Shown: piece after piece, positions 40,248-49,027 of the stretch
Layout of the letters: every line of letters starts with the position of its first letter
Numbering within the stretch: position 1 is the first letter of the stretch
NCBI GenBank assembly: GCA_028282585.1
Contig: JANQHR010000144.1
Span: forward strand, 1-64,000
Direction: 5' to 3'
Length of the DNA stretch: 64,000 bases
Origin: Bacteroidales bacterium
GTDB lineage: Bacteria > Bacteroidota > Bacteroidia > Bacteroidales > UBA12077
Position numbers and translations under genes: made by a program
The notes under the pieces: model-generated
The model's input: only the letters and a program-made list of their open reading frames with translations
Told to the model about the DNA's origin: nothing
Database searches by the model: none

Positions 40248-40748
40248 ATGCAAAATGTTACAATAAATAAAACCAAAACAAATTCCTATTTAACTTTTAA
40301 GGTAGGAGAAGAAGAATTTGGAGCTCATGTAGATGAAATACTTAATATCCTCGAGCTACAGGAAATTACAAAAGTTCCAAAATCTCCCGATTACATGAAA
40401 GGAGTAATTAACCTTCGCGGAATGGTACTTCCGGTAATCGATACCAGAATGAAATTTCATATGTCACCAATCGAATTTACAGATGATACTTGTATAGTAG
40501 TAATGGACCTTAAAGCGGACGATGAAATAATTCACATTGGTGCTTTGGTCGATTCTGTTATTGCAGTTCGCGAAATAGATGACAAAATGATCGAATCCTC
40601 TCCAAATATCGGTAAAACTTATAAGTCCGAGTTCATTTCCGGTGTTGTTAATATCGATGATAACTTTATTATGATACTGGACTTATTAAAGCTTTTTACT
40701 TCAAACGAACTTGAAGTGTTAAGCAAATCAAATAGCAAAAAACAATAA
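40248..40748 (+). CDS. cheW: Chemotaxis adaptor CheW
   Basis: YLTF.VG.E.F, ITKVPKSPDYMKGVINLRGMVLPVID, GALVDSV. Confidence 0.95.
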   Translation: MQNVTINKTKTNSYLTFKVGEEEFGAHVDEILNILELQEITKVPKSPDYMKGVINLRGMVLPVIDTRMKFHMSPIEFTDDTCIVVMDLKADDEIIHIGALVDSVIAVREIDDKMIESSPNIGKTYKSEFISGVVNIDDNFIMILDLLKLFTSNELEVLSKSNSKKQ

Positions 40749-40763
40749 CAAATACAGAAATAC

Positions 40764-41324
40764 TTGAGAAAAAAACTACTCATATCAATTTTTCTACTAA
40801 TATTTCAAGCTTTATTAACTATAAATGTTTTTCCACAGCCTGATCATAACGATATTGATCATAAAGAATTAACCTTACATAACGAATCCCAATTGCGTCT
40901 AAATCATATAGTATTAGTGTTTGGAAACACTTCAAATTTTGATCATAAATTAACTGATTTTACCTTAGGACTGGATTATGAATACAGATTTAAAGCGGCT
41001 CAGGGACTATTTGGTTTAGGTATATTTGGAAAATATATCACTACTGAATCAGGAGAGGTAGTTGCCGGTATACCCTTTTTTGTTCATCCCTTAAAAGGAT
41101 TAAAAATTACAACTTCGCCAATTTTTGTATTTGCAGAAGAGAACGATTCCCACAACTCGTATGATGACCATACTTCTGAGAAAATGAAAGCTTATTGTGG
41201 AAGGCGATTAGGTTTAATATATAATTTTTATCTGGGTAATTTATCTATCGGACCAGTTGTTAATGTGTATTATTTAAATATAGTGGCATTAAATTATGGG
41301 CTAAACATAGGATTTGATTTCTAA
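40764..41324 (+). CDS. Small His-rich outer-membrane beta-barrel-like protein
   Basis: TTG start, signal peptide, His/Asp-rich segments, FTLGLDYEYRF, C-terminal GLNIGFDF. Confidence 0.55.
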   Translation: MRKKLLISIFLLIFQALLTINVFPQPDHNDIDHKELTLHNESQLRLNHIVLVFGNTSNFDHKLTDFTLGLDYEYRFKAAQGLFGLGIFGKYITTESGEVVAGIPFFVHPLKGLKITTSPIFVFAEENDSHNSYDDHTSEKMKAYCGRRLGLIYNFYLGNLSIGPVVNVYYLNIVALNYGLNIGFDF

Positions 41325-41358
41325 AAATAATTGGACACAAAATAAAATATTAAAGAAA

Positions 41359-43305
41359 ATGAACTGGAAAAATCTAAAACTGGGAAAAAAAATTACGTTT
41401 GGGTTTGCCTTAGTGTTGACCTTGACTATAATGGTAGGATTATTTAGCTATACAGGCTTAAATTCAGTAAGGTTTCATGTCGAAGAATCTCATGAATTCT
41501 ATGTGCTTGAAGAATCTGTTTATAAGGCGATGAGTGAGCGGAAAAACTATATGATAAATACGGATGAACAGTCATTAGAAAACTGGAACGTTATTATGGA
41601 TGATTTATATGTTCATATAGAAAAGCTTAGAACTATGCTGGGTAATCATAATGAAGATATAGACGTTGATAAATTAAAACTGGATGCTGACCATTATAAA
41701 GAAGCATTTTTACATTACGTTGATTCTAGAGAAGATGAAAAGAAAATCGCATTAAGGTGGAAAGAATTAGGTGAACAGTTTTTTAAGGTTATTAATGAAA
41801 CAAAAAGTAAGTACACTGACAAGGATATACTAATTTACATCTCGGAACTGGAGAATGGATTTGCTTTAATGCGCATTGGGGCAGTTTATTATGTTAAAGA
41901 CAAAACTGATGAAAAGTGGATAGGATTTGAAACTGCAATGAACAATATGAAAGAAACACTTAAGAGGAGTTTTTTATATGGTACGGATTTTCAAGCTAAT
42001 ATTAGCACTTTAAATGAGGTTGTTGATGCATACATAGTGGAATCAGGAAAATTCTACAAAGATGTTCAAACAGAAAACGAAGACAATTTAAAAATGGCTG
42101 AGGCTGCAACTGATTTTCTTAAAATTGTAAAAAAATCGAATAATGATCAACAACAAAAAATGAATAGAATTATAAAACAAAACTTATTTCTTATAATTAT
42201 TATTATTGGTTTTGCTTTGCTATCTGGTATTTTGATTTCATTTTTAATAGCTCGGTCAATTACCAAACCAATAATTAAAGGTGTTGATTTTGCAAAAGCA
42301 GTCGCTAAAGGAGATTTAACAGCTAACGTTGATATAGAACAAGAAGATGAAATTGGAGTTTTTGCAAATTCACTTAAAAGTATGGTAAGTACATTAAGAG
42401 AAATCGTGATAGGTATAACTGCTGGGTCTGATAATATTGCATCGGCAAGCCGGGAATTAAGTTCATCTTCGCAGGAAATGTCGCAAGGGGCTTCAGAACA
42501 GGCTTCTTCTGCAGAAGAAGTTTCTTCTTCTATGGAAGAAATGTCTGCAAATATTCAACAAAATACAGACAATGCGCAGCAAACCGAGAAAATTGCAATT
42601 GAAGCTTCTGAAGGTATTAATAAAGTAGCAAGCGCTTCTAAGGAAAGCCTTGAATCTACGCGTCTAATTGCCGAAAAGATTACTATTGTAAACGATATTG
42701 CTTTCCAAACAAATATTTTGGCGCTTAATGCTGCAGTAGAAGCTGCACGAGCAGGTGAACATGGCAAAGGATTTGCTGTTGTAGCTGCAGAAGTCCGCAA
42801 ATTAGCCGAGCGGAGTAAAGTAGCTGCAGACGAGATTAACGACCTGTCAGGACACAGTTTAAAAGTGACGGAAAATGCCGGTAATTTAATGGTAGAAATT
42901 ATTCCTAAAATTGAAAAAACAGCAAAGCTTGTTCAGGAAATTTCTGCTGCAAGTCTGGAGCAAAGCTCTGGAGCTGGTCAGGTTAATTCAGCTATTCAAC
43001 AATTAAATACAGTAACCCAACAAAATGCCGCAGCTAGTGAGGAAATGGCTACAAGTTCAGAAGAATTAGCAAGCCAATCACAACAGTTAAAGGAAATTAT
43101 TAGCTACTTCAAAATTAGTAATAATGGAAAGTCAAGTTTTTTAAAGAAAAACAAGTTGCAAGAGTTTAAGAGTGAAAATAAAATTGAAAAGGCTAAGTCA
43201 GTTAAAGATATTGGAGAATCTAGTAAAAAAGAAATTAAAAATTCCGGATTCGATCTGAACTTAGCAGATAAAGATAAATTAGACAATGAATTTGAATCGT
43301 TTTAA
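41359..43305 (+). CDS. Methyl-accepting chemotaxis protein
   Basis: Start re-placed to MNWKNLKLGKK. TM-helical sensor-TM-HAMP (RSITKPI..DEIG), MCP hairpin, C-terminal EFESF. Confidence 0.95.
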   Translation: MNWKNLKLGKKITFGFALVLTLTIMVGLFSYTGLNSVRFHVEESHEFYVLEESVYKAMSERKNYMINTDEQSLENWNVIMDDLYVHIEKLRTMLGNHNEDIDVDKLKLDADHYKEAFLHYVDSREDEKKIALRWKELGEQFFKVINETKSKYTDKDILIYISELENGFALMRIGAVYYVKDKTDEKWIGFETAMNNMKETLKRSFLYGTDFQANISTLNEVVDAYIVESGKFYKDVQTENEDNLKMAEAATDFLKIVKKSNNDQQQKMNRIIKQNLFLIIIIIGFALLSGILISFLIARSITKPIIKGVDFAKAVAKGDLTANVDIEQEDEIGVFANSLKSMVSTLREIVIGITAGSDNIASASRELSSSSQEMSQGASEQASSAEEVSSSMEEMSANIQQNTDNAQQTEKIAIEASEGINKVASASKESLESTRLIAEKITIVNDIAFQTNILALNAAVEAARAGEHGKGFAVVAAEVRKLAERSKVAADEINDLSGHSLKVTENAGNLMVEIIPKIEKTAKLVQEISAASLEQSSGAGQVNSAIQQLNTVTQQNAAASEEMATSSEELASQSQQLKEIISYFKISNNGKSSFLKKNKLQEFKSENKIEKAKSVKDIGESSKKEIKNSGFDLNLADKDKLDNEFESF

Positions 43306-43342
43306 TGTTGGTTTAGCTCATATAGCTGTTAGTTTGTATTTT

Positions 43343-43369
43343 AAGGGAGGATTTTTATCCTCCTTTTTT
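43343..43369 (+). terminator. Intrinsic terminator after MCP2
   Basis: AAGGGAGGAT-tttt-ATCCTCCTTTTTT. Confidence 0.8.
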
Positions 43370-43418
43370 GGTTATTTATGGCAGCAAAATTTTTCACTAA
43401 AAAAGTAATTTCCCTTTT

Positions 43419-44105
43419 TTAGTTTAAGTTTTTCTCTAAAACCTCCCTTCTGATAGTTTTTCCGTGGGCTGGTAAAAATATCCTACATGGTGTTTTTATT
43501 AATTTATTCCAGGATTCATAAAGTTTGACTTTATCATCAGCAAACGGTGGTAAAATACTTTTTGAAAAAATCCCAAATAACGTATCGCCAACTAAGGCAA
43601 TTTCATTATCAACTATAACGCTTATAGAACCCGATGTGTGCCCTGGTGTATGTATAATTTCTATTCCATCCGTATTGTCTAACTTATAGTTTTCAGTTAC
43701 TTTAATATCAGGTTTTACTGCATCGTACTTTCCAATCTTACTTGCAAATCTATTACCAGCGGCTGAAATAATATTTGTTATAATATTAGTTCCTTTCGGG
43801 AGCTTTGTAAAACCATTTTCAAGAAATTCAGCTTCGTTTTTATGAACCAGAATTTTAGAAGAATAAAGTTGTTTTAACATCAAGGCATTTTCAGTATGAT
43901 CGTAATGTGTATGAGTTAGTATAACATAATCAAGATTTTTATAGCCTAAAAGTTGAGAAAGATTTGATTTCAATTTTTCAGCTTTACATTTCTGTCCGCT
44001 GTCAATTAAAACTGTTATGTCTTTTTTAACAATAAAATAGCAGTTTGTAATACCTATTCGTAATAATCGAATTGTAGTATTAGTATTTGTTTTCCACATG
44101 AACAT
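43419..44105 (-). CDS. Metallo-beta-lactamase fold hydrolase
   Basis: THTHYDH, HTPGHTSGS, GDTLF, PAHG. Confidence 0.92.
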   Translation of the reverse strand: MFMWKTNTNTTIRLLRIGITNCYFIVKKDITVLIDSGQKCKAEKLKSNLSQLLGYKNLDYVILTHTHYDHTENALMLKQLYSSKILVHKNEAEFLENGFTKLPKGTNIITNIISAAGNRFASKIGKYDAVKPDIKVTENYKLDNTDGIEIIHTPGHTSGSISVIVDNEIALVGDTLFGIFSKSILPPFADDKVKLYESWNKLIKTPCRIFLPAHGKTIRREVLEKNLN

Positions 44106-44208
44106 ATTAAAACATTTTTCAATATAAAATTATTAAATATTTTTTGTATTAATAATTTACTTGACAAATCACTACTTATCTTCTTAACTTGCATATATAA
44201 TTTTGGTT

Positions 44209-45363
44209 ATGAGGAAGGTATATGGTAAGATAATAATACTGATTATAATTCTAACGCTTCAATTTATTAAAACATATTCCCAGAAAGCGATAGTAATTCA
44301 TCCCAAGGTTGGTGTACTCATCGATTCGTTGGAAAATTCAAACTACTTGCTATTTAGGAATTATACATTAGATGAATTTTATGGAGCCCAAATATTTAAA
44401 TATGAAGATGATACTTATAATTTAATAATCTACTTGGAAAATAATAAAACAATACAGAAGGAGATTACAAAGTATGACTTAAAAAAACTAAAAGATAGAA
44501 TCAGTAATTTTAAAAATGATTATGAAAAAGAAAATACATCGCAAGTCTATGCTGTAAATTTAAATGAAGGATCTATAGTTTTAGGAAGAATAACATTTTT
44601 TAAGCTTCAAGAAATTATACTGAAATCTGAGATTTTTGGAGAAATAAGTATTGATACAAAAGATATAGTTCAAATAAAAAAAATAGATTCTAAGCATGAA
44701 GAAATTTCATTTTTAGGGCAAAATCCACATTATTCAAGATATTTCTACGCTCCATCTGCAATTCCACTAGATAAAGGAGAAGGTTATTTTCAGAATATTT
44801 ATTTAATATTTTTATCGGGAAATTATGCGGTATCAAACCATTCAACAATCGGTGCAGGTTTTTCTATTATGCCAGGAGTGGCAATAACAGAACAAATATT
44901 TTTTGTAAATGCCAAAGTTGCGTATCCAGTTTCAGACAAATTTTATTTAGGAGCAGGAGGCTTGTATTTTGGTATGGGAGCTGTTGGTGGTAGTATTGGA
45001 ATAGCTTATGGGGTAGGAACTTATGGCGGTTATAATCATAATTTAACACTTGGAGTAGGATATGGATACACAGATGATAAATTAATGGAAACACCTGTAT
45101 TTACTTTATGTGGAATGACTCGTATTTCAAAAAGAATTTCATTGATGACAGAAAATTGGTTCATTACAGTTTCATACCAAGAAGAAATTCCTCCTAATTA
45201 CACTGATACGCGGACTGTTCGCAATTTTGAATGTTTAATTTCCTATGGTTTACGTTTTTTTGGGGATAAATTAAGTGTCGACCTGGCTTTTATGAATGTT
45301 CCCACAACTGGTGAGCTTTTCTTTCCGGGAATTCCATATATTGATTTCGTTGTTCGTTTTTAA
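44209..45363 (+). CDS. Hypothetical outer-membrane protein (small N-domains plus C-terminal beta-barrel)
   Basis: Signal peptide from ATG 44209, RYFYAPSAIPL.KGEGY, Gly-rich strands, C-terminal F. Confidence 0.6.
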   Translation: MRKVYGKIIILIIILTLQFIKTYSQKAIVIHPKVGVLIDSLENSNYLLFRNYTLDEFYGAQIFKYEDDTYNLIIYLENNKTIQKEITKYDLKKLKDRISNFKNDYEKENTSQVYAVNLNEGSIVLGRITFFKLQEIILKSEIFGEISIDTKDIVQIKKIDSKHEEISFLGQNPHYSRYFYAPSAIPLDKGEGYFQNIYLIFLSGNYAVSNHSTIGAGFSIMPGVAITEQIFFVNAKVAYPVSDKFYLGAGGLYFGMGAVGGSIGIAYGVGTYGGYNHNLTLGVGYGYTDDKLMETPVFTLCGMTRISKRISLMTENWFITVSYQEEIPPNYTDTRTVRNFECLISYGLRFFGDKLSVDLAFMNVPTTGELFFPGIPYIDFVVRF

Positions 45364-45529
45364 ATCAACGAGGCCGAAGTTTCTATAACATAACATTAGG
45401 TACAACTAATTCTGAACGCAAAGCGAAGGAGTATCTCGTGGTTGTATGCAACTATTTTGAGATCGGAAATAAAGATGTTAGTACACAAAATCAATAAAAT
45501 ATTTCAGAGCTTACTTGGAAATTACTCAT

Positions 45530-45560
45530 TTGACAATCCCTTCTATATTTAATAACTTTA
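45530..45560 (+). promoter_or_regulatory. Promoter upstream of dodecin
   Basis: TTGACA-N17-TAACTTTA, the same spacing as at 61030. Confidence 0.55.
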
Positions 45561-45604
45561 TATATTCCAAAATCATAAGATATAAATTTAAAATAGGAGG
45601 TATC

Positions 45605-45820
45605 ATGTCTGACACTGTTTACAAAATTATTGAACTGGTTGGTACCAGTACTGAATCTTGGGAAAAAGCTGCTGAAAATGCCGTATTAAAAGCTGCAGAA
45701 TCTCTTCGTGACCTTCGTATTGCAGAAGTATCCGAATTAGATATGCATCTAAAAGATGGTAAAATTGAAGCATATAGGGCAAAGGTAAAAGTCTCGTTTA
45801 AATTCGAAGGGAATAAGTAG
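45605..45820 (+). CDS. Dodecin family protein
   Basis: True start MSDTVYKIIELVGTSTESWEKAA, preceded by AGGAGG. C-terminal YRAKVKVSFK. Confidence 0.92.
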   Translation: MSDTVYKIIELVGTSTESWEKAAENAVLKAAESLRDLRIAEVSELDMHLKDGKIEAYRAKVKVSFKFEGNK

Positions 45821-45840
45821 TTGATGGATTAAACTTATTT

Positions 45841-45865
45841 AAATCAGGCAAAAGCCTGATTTTTT
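45841..45865 (+). terminator. Intrinsic terminator
   Basis: AAATCAGGC-aaaa-GCCTGATTT followed by TT. Confidence 0.8.
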
Positions 45866-45950
45866 ATTCTTATGGATAACTTTAAAATTATAACATTGAG
45901 TTTTGCTATAACTTGGTAAAAGTAACTACTAGAAGTATAAAATGCAAATA

Positions 45951-45964
45951 ATGACAAATGTCAT
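45951..45964. promoter_or_regulatory. Palindromic candidate operator upstream of the mce-mmd operon
   Basis: ATGACA-aa-TGTCAT. Confidence 0.45.
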
Positions 45965-46176
45965 GAATACTATATTCGAATAAAATTTATTTTTAATAAA
46001 TTGATTGACAGCAAATTATTTTTTAACTTGCGAGCTCGTTCGAAAAATATTCAAAAATCTTTTTTTATGTTAAAAAACAATATTTAAAAGCATAAATTTT
46101 AGCTTTGAAATAATTAGTCTGTTATGTCGATTATAGATACTTTTGCAGAAATCACAACTAAATAAATTTCCATTAT

Positions 46177-46587
46177 ATGAAACCTTCGCATATTGAACAT
46201 ATCGGTATTGCCGTTAAAAATCTTGAAGAATCAATCAAGTATTATGAAGAGGTGTTAGGACTAGAGTGCTATAACATCGAAGAAGTTAAAGATCAAAAAG
46301 TTAAAACAGCTTTTTTTAAAGTTGGAGAAGTGAAAATTGAATTGTTGGAATCTACTGACCCCGAAGGGCCAATTGGTAAATATATTGAGAAAAAAGGTGA
46401 AGGAATTCATCATATCGCTTTTGCAGTTGAAAATATTGAAGATAAATTAAAAGATGCAGAAGATAAAGGTGTGAGATTAATTGATGCTTCACCAAGAAAG
46501 GGTGCAGAAGGTTTAGATATAGCCTTTTTACATCCAAAGTCAACATTTGGCGTACTTACTGAGCTTTGTGAAGATAAAAATAAATAA
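46177..46587 (+). CDS. mce: Methylmalonyl-CoA epimerase
   Basis: [45 protein letters not shown]. Confidence 0.95.
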   Translation: MKPSHIEHIGIAVKNLEESIKYYEEVLGLECYNIEEVKDQKVKTAFFKVGEVKIELLESTDPEGPIGKYIEKKGEGIHHIAFAVENIEDKLKDAEDKGVRLIDASPRKGAEGLDIAFLHPKSTFGVLTELCEDKNK

Positions 46588-46618
46588 AGATTGCAAATAA
46601 TAATTTCTAATCAACGAA

Positions 46619-48178
46619 ATGAGCAAACAAGATAAAATTAAGCAATTAATTGATTTAAGAGCTGAAGCTAAGCTTGGTGGAGGCGAAAAGAAAATCGAAT
46701 CCCAACATAGAAAGGGTAAAATGACAGCCCGTGAACGCATCGAAATCTTACTTGACGAAGGTAGTTTTGAAGAGTTCGATATGTTTGTAACTCACCGTTG
46801 TACTAATTTTGGTTTAGACAAGAAAAAGGTTTTAGGTGATGGTGTTGTTACTGGTGCAGGTACAATAGATGGTAGAGTTGTTTATGTTTACTCGCAGGAT
46901 TTTACCGTATTTGGAGGGTCACTATCTGAGACTTTTGCAAACAAGATTTGTAAAGTTATGGATATGGCTATGAAAGTTGGTGCCCCAATTATTGGAATTA
47001 ATGATAGTGGCGGAGCCCGAATTCAGGAGGGTGTTACAAGTTTAGCAGGGTACGCTGAAATTTTCCAGCGAAATATTATGGCTTCCGGAGTTATACCTCA
47101 AATCTCCGCTATTTTTGGCCCTTGTGCAGGTGGAGCAGTATATTCTCCTGCATTAACCGATTTTATTATGATGACTGAGAATACTAGTTATATGTTTGTT
47201 ACAGGACCTAAAGTTGTAAAAACCGTAACTGGAGAAGATATCACAACTGAGGATTTAGGAGGAGCAAACATACATGCATCTAAATCTGGTGTTTCTCATT
47301 TCTTATTGGAAGACGAAGAAGAAGGTTTACTCTTGATTAGAAAATTGGTTAGTTATTTACCTCAAAATAATCTTGAAGAACCTCCTGTAATTGAAAATAA
47401 CGATCCGATAGACAGATTAGATGATGCATTGAATGAAATAATTCCTGAAAATCCTAATCAACCATATGATATAAAAGATATTATTTATTCATTAGTAGAT
47501 AGCAGTGAGTTTCTGGAAATCCATAGGCACTATGCAAAAAATATTGTTGTTGGCTTTGCTAAGTTCGACGGAATGTCTGTAGGAATTGTTGCTAATCAGC
47601 CAAATTTCCTTGCTGGGGTGTTAGACATTGATGCTTCAAGAAAGGCGGCGCGTTTTGTTCGTTTCTGTGATGCATTTAATGTGCCAATTCTCACTTTGGT
47701 AGATGTTCCGGGGTTCTTACCGGGAAGTAATCAGGAATATGGAGGAATTATTACGCATGGAGCAAAATTAATGTTTGCGTATGGTGAGGCTACCGTTCCA
47801 AAAGTAACTATTACTTTAAGAAAATCGTACGGTGGAGCTCACGATGTAATGAGTTCAAAACAATTACGAGGTGATATTAATTATGCCTGGCCATCAGCAG
47901 AAATTGCTGTTATGGGAGCTCAGGGAGCAGTTGAAGTATTGTATGGGCGTGAATTAAGCGAGATTGAAGATCCAGAAGAAAAAGCTAAATTCATTGCAGA
48001 AAAAGAAACGGAATACAAGGAAAAATTTGCAAACCCTTATCAAGCAGCTAATATGGGATATATTGATGATGTTATCGAACCTCGCAATTCAAGATTCAGA
48101 ATTATTAGAGCGTTTGAAATGCTTCAAACCAAGAAAGATATTAATCCTCCTAAAAAGCATTCAAATATTCCATTATAA
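46619..48178 (+). CDS. mmdA: Methylmalonyl-CoA decarboxylase alpha subunit (carboxyltransferase)
   Basis: [45 protein letters not shown], in mce-oadG-biotin carrier-oadB context. Confidence 0.9.
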   Translation: MSKQDKIKQLIDLRAEAKLGGGEKKIESQHRKGKMTARERIEILLDEGSFEEFDMFVTHRCTNFGLDKKKVLGDGVVTGAGTIDGRVVYVYSQDFTVFGGSLSETFANKICKVMDMAMKVGAPIIGINDSGGARIQEGVTSLAGYAEIFQRNIMASGVIPQISAIFGPCAGGAVYSPALTDFIMMTENTSYMFVTGPKVVKTVTGEDITTEDLGGANIHASKSGVSHFLLEDEEEGLLLIRKLVSYLPQNNLEEPPVIENNDPIDRLDDALNEIIPENPNQPYDIKDIIYSLVDSSEFLEIHRHYAKNIVVGFAKFDGMSVGIVANQPNFLAGVLDIDASRKAARFVRFCDAFNVPILTLVDVPGFLPGSNQEYGGIITHGAKLMFAYGEATVPKVTITLRKSYGGAHDVMSSKQLRGDINYAWPSAEIAVMGAQGAVEVLYGRELSEIEDPEEKAKFIAEKETEYKEKFANPYQAANMGYIDDVIEPRNSRFRIIRAFEMLQTKKDINPPKKHSNIPL

Positions 48179-48189
48179 ATAAAAGTATT

Positions 48190-48564
48190 ATGATATCAAT
48201 ATTAGGCGATATAGGAATAAACTTTTCTGCAGCTGCCGGTTCAGGTGTTACAGTTGCGATAGTTGGTTGGTTAATTGTTTTTGCTGCTTTAGTTTTATTG
48301 GTAATTGTATTTTCTCAAACACCAAAAATAATTTACTATAACACAAGAAAGAAACTTAAAGAAAAAACAAAACAAACGGTAGTAACCGACGATGAACTCC
48401 ATATTGCAGGTGATGTAAGTGCAGCAATTTCTACAGCATTGTACTTGTTTTTTGATGAGATACATGATGAAGAAAGTAATATAATAACAATTAAACGTGT
48501 GAGAAAAACATATTCTCCATGGAGTTCAAAAATATATGGATTAAGAGTTTGGCCTAGAAAATAA
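48190..48564 (+). CDS. mmdD: Decarboxylase delta/gamma subunit (OadG family)
   Basis: Single TM, AAIS.AL, HDEES, YSPWSSKIYGLR. Confidence 0.85.
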   Translation: MISILGDIGINFSAAAGSGVTVAIVGWLIVFAALVLLVIVFSQTPKIIYYNTRKKLKEKTKQTVVTDDELHIAGDVSAAISTALYLFFDEIHDEESNIITIKRVRKTYSPWSSKIYGLRVWPRK

Positions 48565-48574
48565 TTAGCATAAA

Positions 48575-49003
48575 ATGAAAAAATTCAAATTTACAATTCG
48601 TGGTAACGAATACGATGTTGAAATAAAAGAGATCGAAAATGATATTGCCAGAATAGAAGTTAATGGAACATCATATGATGTTGAAATTCATCGGGAGAAG
48701 ATTACAACAACTAAAACTCCTACATTGGTTCGACCAAAAGTAGCAGTAGATCGAAAGGAAAGTAAAATAAAGAAAACTGTAAGCAGCCGTGCTTATACAC
48801 TAAAGGCTCCATTGCCCGGAAATATATATAAAATTATTAAACACGAAGGTGATGAAGTTAAAAAAGGTGACATAATAATGATAATGGACGCAATGAAAAT
48901 GGAAAACAATATTCAGTCGGAGAAAGAAGGAAAGATTGTTAGCCTAAAAGTGAAAGAGGGAGATGCAGTGCTTCAAAATGATGTATTAGCTGAAATCGAA
49001 TAA
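48575..49003 (+). CDS. mmdC: Biotin carboxyl carrier subunit
   Basis: APLPG and AMKMEN biotinylation motif. Confidence 0.9.
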   Translation: MKKFKFTIRGNEYDVEIKEIENDIARIEVNGTSYDVEIHREKITTTKTPTLVRPKVAVDRKESKIKKTVSSRAYTLKAPLPGNIYKIIKHEGDEVKKGDIIMIMDAMKMENNIQSEKEGKIVSLKVKEGDAVLQNDVLAEIE

Positions 49004-49027
49004 TTCTTTATAAAGAAAAATGTGATC

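Noticed and set aside
45515-45604. 30-aa extension of dodecin from a TTG start
   Set aside because: It overlaps the promoter. The SD and family N-terminus point to ATG 45605.
48880-48910. DAMKM instead of EAMKM in the biotin carrier
   Set aside because: A conservative substitution that keeps the biotinylated Lys.
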